Positions 24,805-37,055 of a DNA stretch of 64,000 nt are shown one piece after another. A model generated the notes under the pieces. That model had not been told where the DNA came from. It was given only the letters and a program-made list of their open reading frames with translations, and did no database searches. Within the stretch, counting starts at the first letter, position 1. Each line of letters opens with the position of its first letter. The DNA lies in assembly GCA_008632985.1 (NCBI GenBank), contig QPGO01000004.1:682001-746000 (forward strand), written 5' to 3'. Made by a program: the position numbers and the translations under genes. Origin of the DNA: Psammoneis japonica (lineage: Eukaryota).

Positions 24805-27800
24805 AAGCCCCCAACAATTTCTTTTGCTCCTGCTGGCCACTCAAGTTCTTCACCTCATGTGGTGACAGCACTGTCCCTGTTGTGACACTTGCAAGTGTTT
24901 GTTTGGACAAACCATTGGCGTCACTTGACAACTGTCCATTTGCTGCACAGATTGGCATTTCCAAGCAAGATTCAGTGTCAGCTCTGCTTGTGAAAAATCT
25001 TTCTTCCAATGACCTCCTCCTCATGTCACCAAGGCTTCCCATTTCATGCCTGCTGCAAGTCCTGAACACCCCCTTTTCTGCCTGCTGGCCTGCCAAGATC
25101 AATCCTCCAAGCAGCGAGCTGCCCACTTTTGTTCTGGTGCATGCAAATGTGAAACTCAGCCGGTCTTTGTTGAAGACAAGAAGACCCATCCTCAGAAGCA
25201 AGGTTTTTGTCCCAGAGTTTGTGCTGACTTTGAATTCTCTGCTCAACATGATTGTCCTTTGCACTGGTGGTTTGGGTGCATTAAATCCTCTCTGAAAGAA
25301 AGCAATGACCTCACTCTTGTGAAATTTCTCCTTCACCTGTTGTCCCCGGTGCGCGTTGTTGCAAAGCTGTGCGTTGGCCAGTGGCTGATTGCATGAACTT
25401 CTGCCACACCCCTCACAGGGTGTGCCAGACATGTGGGTTGGCTGGTGCCAGTGTTGCTGGGCAAAGGTGCAACAGCACTTAAAATTGGGTTTGAGTTTTT
25501 TAAATCTTTGTTGCACACTCTGCAATTGACATGGTTGATGAAAAAAACAGTTGCACAAGCAAGGTCTGGCACTTGCTCCACATTTTGTTTTTGTTGGCCG
25601 GCATGACCCTGGCAAACCCCGGGATGGGCTGAAGGTGGTGTGGACAAATGGCCACTGTGGTTCTTGCTGTGTGTGGCAACACCCAGTTTTGCATTGAACA
25701 GATCCCCAAAACACTCTGTGGTGCATGCAGCCACAGCATTGTCTCTGCACATGCTGACAGGTGCACAGAAGACCAAGTGAGCATGCAACCATCTGTCTTT
25801 AGATGGGGGTTTTAGGCTGGGCAGGCACAGCCAGCACACCGCAGCAGGTGCAGTCACACCACACTGGGCTGCGCAGCAGCCAAATGTGTGCATGGCATGC
25901 CGGGGTAGATGGGGACATGGTGGAGCAATAGAGGGACTCCATTTTCATTTTTCTCTGTTGGCCCACAGAAAATCCAGCACTGGGCATGGCATTCACCACA
26001 CAGCATGTGAATTGCTGCAACTTTTTGCACCAGATGCTCTTGCACCACCACAACCACACACTCTTGTGAGAAATTTCCCATGCAGTTGGGTGCATCTTTT
26101 TTTTCTTGTTGTGATTGTTGCGCCGGACCAGAGCTCTGGAGCGGCACCCAGCAAAGAATTTGTGCAGTTGGGCCAATGTCACACTGTTGTCTTTGCAACT
26201 CCAGCAACAAAAGATGTGGAGAGAGCAGCTGCAAAGGACAATTGTGGCACCCAGGATGCAGCTGAAAAGGAAGAAGTGGTGGCAAAGGGGGCCATGACAT
26301 TTCTGAGGAGGGAAGCTCTGGACAAGCCCCGGCACACATTTGTCACCACAATGGTCTCACAGAGCTTTGATCTGGTGCAGCTCCCAAAGTCAATGACTCC
26401 TTCACATGCCTGAGCTGGAGTCAGTGTGAAAGGCACTGCAGCACTTTCTGAGCTGGCGTCCCTTGCTGAGAAAAGCCTGGCACTGTGTCCTCAGCACAGG
26501 GGAGGCATGTTGCAGCCACATCAAAGCCAAGCCAGAGCACAGATATGTGGTGGTGAGTGATGCATTGGGGTGGTTCTGAGAGATTGGTTGGTGCCACCAA
26601 AGAAGTCACTTCAAGAAGATTTTGAGAGTTGTTGCCAAAAATTTCAAAGCAACAACAAACACTTTTCTTGATCTTGTGAACGGGAAGTTCAAAGACCATC
26701 AATCTGATTCTGAAAAAAAATGTGGACATGCAGCACTGGCCTTCAAAATGTGCTGGAGATTGCAATGAGGAAGAGCAGCATGCTGCATTGTTGCCGCGGG
26801 CAGCTGGCAACTGGCACTGGACAGGAAATCATAAACTTGCAACAACCTGCAAAACATGATGACATTTTACAAGATTGCTCATTGTGCTGTGACTCTTTAA
26901 CCTGAAAGGTGAATCTGCACACCAAGCCATGCAAAAATTGTGCTTTTTGTTGATCAAGCTGTTGTCTGTTGCCACGTTTGAGTGAACTGGTCATGCAGTG
27001 CTTGAAGGTCCGGATGTTTTCAGATGCTCTTGAAACCTTGGTGCTGGTCTCAACAAGAAGCTTTCAAACTGCAGCAGCTGCAACACAAACTCCAGCTCTC
27101 TGGGAACATCATAGAATGCTTTTCAGCTGTGAAGGCAACAGCTGTGCCAACTTTTTGTGTGGAGGAATTCACAGGTTGGCACAAAAGATGAGCAATGGGA
27201 CTTTGGTGAGACCAAAAGGAAGGAGCAGTGGTTTGACATTGCTGAAAATGAAGGATGCTGCTTTGCAAATGACCAAGCAGTTGGGCAAAACATGGGGACG
27301 TGCCAACAACAAAAGCAATGGTCAATGTTTCATTGATGACAAAAATTCTTTTGTCAGTTCAGCAGCATTTGGAGTCTCTGGTTCTCTATGAAATTCTGCC
27401 AATGAACCAAAAATCATTTTCCAAGGACTTTGTCAATGCACTCAGTCCAAATCAGAGAGCTGTTTGTCAACAAATGAAGCAGGGAAAGATTGCTGGAATT
27501 TCCTTGGTTGAGAACAAAAAAGGCATCATGTGGTCTTCAGCACAGCCCTGTTGGCATCCTTGTGAAGTTTCTCCTGAGATCTGCAAAGCCTTTTTGTGCA
27601 TTGGTTGGGAAATCATCCTGACACAGTGCAGTTGCCCAGCTCAAGAGACATGACTCTCATTGAAGATGAAGATGGAAGCAAAAAATGAGTGAACAAACAG
27701 TTGCACAATGTGTCTGTGCATCAGCTCCATGACAACAAAATGTTGAAGCCTTTGGGTTCCAGTGGATTTGAATTTGCCTGTGATGCAAATGGCAAAACCT

Positions 27801-30800
27801 TCATCAACAACACCCTGTTTCACTTTTTAATTTCCAAGAACTGCAAAAAAAATGAAGAGCAGTCAATGCAGCATGTGTCAAGTCAGTGATTGCATGAGCA
27901 CACATTTTCTACAAAATGCATTGAACAGGTTTGAAGAAGGCTTTTAAACAAGGTGCAGGTGCAGCAAAAATGGTTGAAGGCTGCAAATGATCACCCTGGT
28001 TCCTTTGAGAACCATGAGTGTGAAGCTGGCAATTGGGAAAATCAAATTGGCTGCTGTCAAGAGGAGGCATTTTGCTCCAACTCCAATCACCTTCATCCCA
28101 AAGCTCAAGATGCAACTGCAACCATCATTTGCGGCAAGGTGCAAAAGGTCAGGAACATCCTTGTTGGAAATGCATTCTGGGCAAATGTAAAATTGCCCAT
28201 CCCACTGAACTCCATTGTTGGAACAGAGTGAAAGTCCCAATGCACTGCAAGTTTCGCTTCAATGGCATTTGACTGTAAAATGTTGTTCTGTGCATGGCAT
28301 GTTCTGGGAAGCATGCAATGTCTGTGAGGCAGATCCAGATGGGGATGAGGATGCAAAGGTCAAATGAAGGACCATGTTGACAAGGTTCCACAAACCAATT
28401 GGGGTCTTTGCAAAAGTGTGCTGCACTCCAAGTTTGAAGAAGCTGCACTGCCATCTTCCTCACATGGCCATTCTTGGGATCTGGGAAAAATCATTGCATG
28501 GAAATGTGTCACAAAGTGTTTGAGTCAATGCCCAACAGCATTTTTATATTTGCTGACTGCACCCTGAGTGTTTTCCATCCAGCTTGACAACCACATTCAC
28601 AGGGATCATCCTGGCAACAACCAAACCATGTCTGTTGAAAGCAGAGCTTGCAATGTGATGATTGACAATGAGGCTGAGAAAACATGCCTTGCACACCTCT
28701 CTCTGCTTCTTCCAAGCAAGCAGATGGCCACCACAACCATCGCTCAGTTGGAAAAGTTTGTCACATGGTCAAAGAGCCATGTGGATTGTGTCAAGAGTGG
28801 CTTGTGATTTAGAGTCACACAGGTGGTTGTGCCAAACAGCATCAACATGCTTTGGCACTTCACTTGTTGTTTGTGTTTGCCACAAATGCAAAGTTGTCTT
28901 TGACTGTGCCACCAGAGCACAGAGCACCTGGACACAGGAAAGGAGAGGTTGACAGAATTGGAGCCTGCATCAAATCACTCCATGTGTTGAGAAGTGCAGT
29001 CCATGGCTGTTGCAGGAGTGAGTGATGAAGACAACAAGTCAGAGCTAATGCACTTTGGCTGTGGATGATGACAATGTTGTGACACAGAGCACAGTCACTT
29101 GTGGGAATGCTTTGGAAATTCTTGCAGGGAAGAAAGTGCCAAGAAGGCACAGTTGGTGAAAGGAAACATGCTTTGAAGGAATCCCCTCAAAAGTTGAAAA
29201 AAACAGTGTGTCATCTGCAAAACCCAAATGATGTCATCTTGCTGGTGCCTTCATTGGAGTCAAGTTGCAAGGGTTGGTGCAACTGCATCAGCGACATTGT
29301 GGCATTGGTGCCATGCACCATTTTTGGTTTGAACCCCCTTTTTCCTGTTGGTTGAGTTGCCATGTGACACATCCCTTGTGCTTGTGATGGCTGCTCAGAC
29401 AAGCTCTGTGTGCTTGTGATGGCTGCTCAGACAAGCTCAGATGACCTTGGACAAATGATGTTGGCCCAACCAAGCAGCCTTGATGTGCGGCTGGTGACCA
29501 ACCTTGCAAACATCGCAAAGACATCAAGCCTCAACATGCATTGGTGCCCGCCGCCCGCCACACCACCCGTTGAGATGACATGGCACTGGTGACTGACAAA
29601 CGTTGTGTCAAATGCAGGACCAACACAAAGTTCAGGGAAGGACTTGATGATGATAATTTTAAAGAGACAGAGCACATCTTTGAATGAACAAGCAACAAAG
29701 GAACGTGAAATGTGGTTCAAGCGGGTGAAATGGGATGACCCATGTAAACACTCCATCATGCCAATGAATTCGAGAACCGGCACCACATGGAGGAAGAGAC
29801 ATTTTACATTTTAGTTGACACTCTGTGCAAGGATGCGACATCAAACTTGCAAAATCACAAAAGCCACCACAACACCAATCACCAGCATGCAGATTCCTCT
29901 CAGACAACATGAACTCAAAGTCAATCCAATCAACCCGATAAAATTTCACATTTTTTGGTTTTGATTTTGAGCAGTTGTGCATGCAACATTGTGTCTGTTT
30001 ACATTCTGATGGACCAGCAGAACTGAATCTGCTGGGGCCCAGTCTCCAAGACATGCTGTGATTTCCATTGCATCCATGCTGCCTTTTTTGGCATGAAACT
30101 CTTTGAGCTGGCAATTGAAATGCGCACGCTGCTCTTTTTTGTTTTCAATTTCTGCATTTGGGTCTTGTAGATTTTTGGAAATGTAGATTCTTGCAGTCAG
30201 GTGCGTCACACAAACCACCAGAGTAGCATCGGATTCATTGAAGTCACGCCATGCTCTGTCCTTGGATGCCTTGTTTGATGCCTTTCAAGGCTTCTTGGCA
30301 TTGCGTCATTGTTGGCACTCGATTCAGGCAATTGGTGAGCAAGAGACTCTCTGAATGATCCTTCCGGCAGTTCACCTTTCAAGAAAATGAACCAAACACA
30401 CAATTTGAGGATGCATGATGAGCCAGACATTCATTGAAGTGATGTGAAAGAGAAATTCAGACAGAACATGATGCTCACCGGTTGGTTTCTCAAAGACACC
30501 AGGAAACCAAAAACAAACTCGTGAAATGCAACAAGCAGCTGCTGTTGTCAACAAAGTCCAAGGAAGGCTTCGCCGACTCCCTGCTTGCTCCATTGTCTGG
30601 ATCTCCAAACTCTCCATGCTTCCCAGACAGTTTCCAGTTTTTGAGTGCATGCTCATGTTCCTTCACACATGACTTCAAAATATCCTCTGACTTTTTTCCC
30701 CGCAATGTCACTTGAAACTTGCCAGGGACTGATCTGACCGATCCTCTGAAAGCTCAAACAGGGTGCGACAACCTTGGTGACAGCACTGCCGTTGACACCA

Positions 30801-33800
30801 CTTGCATCACTTGTGCCAGCAATGAGCGCTTTTCGAGAAGACGTCAGACCGATGGCACCATTGTCTTCATCACCAGCCAAAGCAAGTGACTCTTCCGTGC
30901 TGAGAGTGGGTGTTGTCTTGCCGCTGGAAGGGGTGGGAATGGCATTCATGGAGCACTGCTCATGGTTGCTTGTGTGTTTTTTGATGTGAGAAACGGTTGA
31001 AGGGAGTCGCTGTCAAAGTGCCACCAGAGCATGCAGGATTGCACGTGTTGTGGGCAGTCATCACTTGCCGTGTGCCCTGCAAAGCTTTTTGCCCACAGGG
31101 GCAATTGCACACTTCGTCATCCCGGGCCCTCAAACAACTGAGAGCAAAGCTGACAAGGTGCAGTTGGTTGGTTGAATGTTTTGAGTGAAGAAATGGCAGG
31201 CAAATTGTTCTGAACAGCTGGCCCACATTGTCTTGTGAATCAGACGAGGGCTTTTGTCTGCTGCAACAGGATGAACTGCCCTGCAAAGCGCAAGAAGATG
31301 CTGTGTGGAATGGGTTTGTTCCACCTGTGGCTGTCAAGGCTGGTGAGTGGGTTTGCAATGGATCACATCCAAACCATGTTCCAAGGGCCAGAGGATGGCA
31401 CACTCCTGGAGATGCTGGGGAGCATCAAATGAGAGTGATGCTCAAGCAATTTGTGGTCACAAACACTGAGCCAAATGAACCATCATCCTCTCTGCAACTT
31501 CAAGGACATGCAACAGGAGCAAGGCACTTTGCTTCTCATTCCCCATTTGGCTGAGGATGAGCATGAAGCCACTCTTGCTGTGATCCACCAGCCTGAGTCA
31601 CTGGGTCATTCTTTTGAGGATTGTTTGGATGATGGTGATGTCAATGACAGCAAAAGTGAGGAGCCAGAGGAGCAAGAGAATGACAATGATGAGAAGGAGG
31701 AGAACAGTGGGGGGTGGACAGTGAAAGTGATGAGCCCAAGGGAACAAAACAGCAACTGGAAAACAAGCAAGTGCCACACCACAATTGTCATTCTGTGTCA
31801 TGCAACTGGATGGACCATCTGACACAAACATGCATTTTCCAAGTCACAGCTCACAAGCTTTTCTTGTGCCACCCCCCTGCTTCACTGCCTTTGGAATTTC
31901 AAAGCAGCACACAGCAACAACTCATTTTTCTTGCTCATTTGCCACACACCATTTCACCTCATGTCTCCTCATTTCCAAGACACCAACTCAACTGCTTGAC
32001 ATCACTTGCTGGCAATGCAAAACACAGTGGTTGGAATCAAAGACACACCCCATGGCATGAGGCAACACAGTGGTTCCTTGCTGAGCAGCACAAAGTTGTG
32101 CAGTCATCATGGCTGCAGGTCATCATGTCAAATTCACCACCCACCTCCAAAGAAAAGGTGCAGTCCAAACTGCCACAAACTTCATTTTGAAGTTCCTTGT
32201 TGGGAACTTTTTGGCCATCAAGCATGCTCTTTGCAAACAAGGTGCAGTTGTTGTCAGCTTCAATCTGTCTGGCAGATGTTTCAACAGGAGATGCAATGCA
32301 ATCTCTCATTTCCAAGTTGCCAACATGATTGAGAACATGGGTCAGAGACAGAAACACACAACTGCCTTTTTGTTTCCTTGCAAGAATCTCACAGGTGGGC
32401 AGCTCATTGGCAAGTCAATCTCCATTGATGATGACACATTTCCTTTTGGCAACAAGCAACAGCTGTCCTCTGGCTTCAGATCTTTCAATTCATTCCAAAC
32501 ACCTGGAAACTGTGCCTTCTTCTTGAAATTGCACTCAGCCCAATCTTGGGTCAAACAGCTCTCCAGGTGGCTGCTCTCCAGATTGCAGCCAACAAAATGA
32601 GCAGCCTTTTTTGCAGCAGGTTTGTTGGAAGAGCATCAATCATCTCCTCCTGACTCACTCTCTTGCCTTTCACAATCTGTGTTAAATTGCAAATCAAGTG
32701 CACTTTCTGCTCAATCTCTTCCAGGCCTTTTTGACCTGCATGGCCCTGACTTTGTTGGGCTCAACTTCCTTGTGCTCAGCATGTGCAATGACTTCAACAC
32801 ACCTGTTCATGGAACAGCCCCCAAATTCATTGGCGCTGTCACCAAACCACCAGCCCAAGTCTGGCTCAGCAAAGCAGCCAGTGGAGCAGAACCTGCTGAG
32901 TTGCTGCCAGGGTGTTTTTTCCGATGTTGTCCCATGAACTTGGCTCAATCCTTTTTTTTCAATTTTCAACATTGCCTAGCATTGTTGTCATGCATTTGCT
33001 TTTTCATCATTGCCAGGGTGTTTTTCCCAATGTTGTCCCATGAACTTGGCTCAATCCATTTTAAAAAAAATTGACATTGCTTGGGCGCATTGTTGTCATG
33101 CATTTGCTTGGTCTTCTCCCTTCTTTTTGGCGGCACTCATCTTTGCTCAACCAAACTGATGGTGCTCTTGGTCTTGGCTTTGTCAAGGCATGAAGGCCAT
33201 GAAGATCATTGTCATTGCTTGCTCCAGTGATGGCTTTCAACATCTCCTTCTGGCATTTGTGACACGCAACTCCCACTTTCTCCTTCTTCTCTTCTTTTTT
33301 GTCTCTGAGTTGCAAGTTTTCTGCAGCCTTGTTTGCTTCACATGGTTCATCCAAGCAACCTGATTGCATCTTGGCTTCCATCATGTGATGATGACAGTGC
33401 ATCTTTCTGCAAAACAAATGCTTCACAGTTGGGGAGCTGCCTTGCACCAACCAGCAATGTGAGCCAACAGCATCTTGAAAAATTCCTTTTTTGTGTCATC
33501 TGAGCTTTGCGCTTGCAACAATTCTCTGTTGTTTGTGACAACTTCCACCAACTTGGAGCACCCCTTTGGCACAAAGGCTTCCACAAAGAGCTGCGTCTCA
33601 CTCTAGAAAAATCTCACTGTCCTCATCAGTTGAGGGCACACACAACACATGGTTGCACCAACAACCAACAAGCAACACCTGCCTCTTTGGGGCATGGGCC
33701 AAAGGTGAAAACTTTTCTGCAACCCTGACTGCCAGAACAACATGTCTTTCATGTGCACCCCAAGTCAGTGGGAATTTTGGGAATGCAAGGACAGTTCTCC

Positions 33801-36800
33801 ATGCCATTGTCCAAATCATCACCAAGATCCTTCCTGCTGCAGCACTCACAATGAAAAACACAATCACGCTGCCATGAATGTTGGACTTCTTCTTCAACTC
33901 ACTCCATTTAATGACCAGATCACAACACAGCTTCTTGTCCACCTGCTTCCTCCAAGCACCTTCTGACATGACAAAATGATGGCTGTGCATTTCACACCAA
34001 TTCTTGATCCTGTGATGGGGCACTCTGTGTCACACACAAACTTGAGGTGCAGTCCCTTCAATGCCAAAATGTCAAATTTGTTCTTCTTTCCTCCTGACAG
34101 TGTCTTCACTCTCCAACAGCTGTCCAACATGATCTTGCCAAAAAGCAGCCATGTGGCATTTTTGTGTTGCGGCTTGACTTTTTGGGTTTGCACTTTTCCA
34201 AATCACCAATGTTGACCCAGCTTCTTTCTCCACAAATTTCAAACTTGGCAGAGCCAACGTGACTCTCAAAGTGTGGCTTTTTTGTCAAGTGGTTCATCCC
34301 AAAACTCAGCATCTCTGTGCATCACAAAGGTGTGGGTGACATGCTCTTTGCTGGAATGAGGCAATGCCAGAACAATTCTGGAGCTCATTGGAGTGCAGAT
34401 GGCTCCTTTGCACACACAGTGCAAGAGCATTGTCTCCATCATTTTCAACAAGCTTCTCTCACTCCCAGGCAGTGCTTGCAGGCTGCTTTCAAGTCTGAGT
34501 GTTGAGATGTGGCATCCACAATGTTCTCAAAACCCAACACTTCCTTGCAATGGGGCAACAGTGTCTTCTGACAATGAAGAAATGTGCCCCATTTGTTGTT
34601 CATGCCAAAAGAAATGGGTTGAACAAGTCCAATTAAAAAAGACAAATGCCGCAATTGGACAGCATGATTGTCCATTGCCCCAAGAATTGTCAAAAGTGAA
34701 AACTTTTTCAACACAATCAACAAGCAAACCAAGCACAGCATGACAAAACAGCAGCAAGATGTTTGTTCATGGTGTCTCTGGCTGATCAACATTCCTGGTG
34801 GCACCAGCACCAACAACATCAACATGTTGTTGTTCTTGTTGCCCAGACATTTTGCAATTTGTGGTTGATTCTCAGGGTGAAATTCTTCAACAAACCAGTT
34901 GGCAGCAACAATGCTGTGGAGTGTTTTTTTTGTTTGATGGATGTGAGCCCATCCACACCATTCTTGCGATGAACAAGGTGAAATTGAAGGCTGGCCTTTT
35001 TGGCTCCAGCATTTTCTTCTGTGGTCAACTTGCTCAACTGCACAAGACCTTGTGAGCATGTCTGCGGGGATTGATTGCAGTTGAGAGACATTGCTTGTGC
35101 CAAGTTTTTGAGACACCCTGCTTTGATGATGTTCATTCATTTGATCAATGAGCCTCTTGACTTGAGGGGACATGCACCTTCGACTGGCCAGAACGGCGCT
35201 GCCACCAGTGGAAGACTCTGCCACCCTTTGTCTTGTCTTTGCAGCTGCTGCAACTGGCCTGTCCATTGCAGTTGTGCTGATTGTGTGCTTGTGTTTGCGC
35301 ACAACAAATGCACTCCACAGAGGGGGCTGACATCAACTTCCACAAAATTGAAATGGATGAACATGGGCAGCCTCCAAGGCAGCTCCAGATGACAAATGCA
35401 GGACACTGAGCATCACAGCAAACAAACCAAAACAGGAATGCTGCCAGTGCCTGACTGCACACTTGTGCTTGTTTGACAACTGCACTCTAGAGAGGGGTCA
35501 ACATCAGTCACTGCAAAATTGAAATGGATGAACATGGGCAGCCTCCAAGGCAACTCCAGGTGACAAATGTAAAACACCCTGAGTGTCACAGCAATCAAAC
35601 AAATTGTTGTTCAAGATGACTTCACCTCTTGTTTGGAAGCCATTGGGGCAAACAAGAGCATGACAGAAACTCAGAACAAATGATGGAAGCAACCAAAAAA
35701 TGACACACACAGTGTCTGCGCCTCTTGCATGAGGGACACCATGCAACTTTGACAGCACAAAGTGCAAATGTGAAAATGTGAAGAGACGGGGTTGTCCACA
35801 ACAAAAGTGACTTTGTGGAGTCACCACATCATTCTCAGAAGTTTTTGTTGCACAGTGCTCTCAAGGTCCAAAACAAAACCAAATTGCTGGGCATTGTTGA
35901 TGCATGTGGTGCCAGCCACCAATCTTCTTGCTTGTCTTGGCCCTCCAGCCAATGCAAATGCAGCAGAGCTCAAAAGTGGTCCACAACTGTGTGTGCTGGC
36001 ACATGGCCCAATCTGCTTTTGTGCAGCTTCCAGAGTGCACTGTTGTGGACAATGTTGGTTGGATGCATGGTTGGGTGACAAGTGTGGGAGTCAAAGGTGT
36101 GAACAGGCCTTCTGGCCTTGCACACATGCCTCCTGTGGCCATGAGTGTGAACATGCTGGAAGCAGCTCTGCAGCAGCACACTGATCACAGTTTGAACAAT
36201 CAGCATGAGCAGGGCCTGTGCCATGTGAGGCATTTTCTTGTTTTTTGTGGTCCAGATGTTTGCCAGTTTCCAACTCTGTGAACCTGCTGTGTCAGGGTGG
36301 GCAGGGCCAGCAAGATGCAAAGTGCAGGCACTCACTGGGTTGCTGCAGCCAGGAGCTGGGCTGGCTGGCAATGTTGGTTGTGCCAGCTTGTGCACTCCTG
36401 GTCACTGCTTCCTTGGATGTGCCCTCAGAGAAAGCAGGCTGGCATCTGGTTGAGGATGCCTGTGAGGAAAGTTTGGCTGTGATGGCATGGCCCATTTTTT
36501 GAGTGGTCACTTGTTGGTGTTGATGTGCATGGCCACATGGCACCACTTGTGCTTGCACCGGGGTGACTGCCAATGTTGTTTGGAGCAATTCCTTGTTTGG
36601 TGAGTCCTGCAGCTTGGACTCTGGCATCCTTTGTGACTTTTTGGAGATGTTGGCATTTTCTGGATGACAGTGCTTGGCTCCATTGGCAGGAACAAAGAGT
36701 GGCTGTTCACTGATGACACCCATCTCATCACAAGGAGCAGTTGATGGGTGGGTCTTGGAGGAAGGGGTGGTGGTTGCAAGCACATGGTGCAGGAGGGCAC

Positions 36801-37050
36801 ACAAGCAGTTGCCATCAGCACACAGAGTGGCTCTGGTGGTGCAAAGCTCAGCAAATCAGAAATTGGTGGGTGTTTCTGCTGCAACTGCAACACATCCCAG
36901 TGGAGGTGTTGCACCCATCTTCAGGAGAAATGCTCAGATGCATTGTGTTGTGGGTGATGACATTGCATGGCTTCTGCAAATGTCATCCTTCAAATGAAGT
37001 TGTCAAACAAGATTGCAGTGATTTCATTGGCTGAGAAAGAAAACAACACG
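24805..37050. repeat. Large degenerate repeat tract depleted in both TpA and CpG; probably one or more DNA transposons, including the Sola-like core
   Basis: Near absence of TA and CG. Fragmented ORFs. Internal tandem duplications at 29377-29438, ~32905-33110 and ~35306-35583. Confidence 0.6.
28300..29440 (+). mobile_element. Degenerate Sola-like (Sola2-type) DNA transposase core
   Basis: HTGGCAKQHQ at 28816 (back-mutates to TDGCAKQYR), APGHRKGEVDRIGA at 28924 (to APGHGKGEVDGIGA) and G*VAM*HIPCACDGC at ~29350. These match the DGCxxQY / HGKxxxDGxG / CxCxxC pattern recalled for Sola2. Confidence 0.6.
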
Positions 37051-37055
37051 GTGTT

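Noticed and set aside
35306..35583. CRISPR-like repeat array
   Set aside because: Only two long diverged units, no spacers and no cas genes, in a eukaryotic context.
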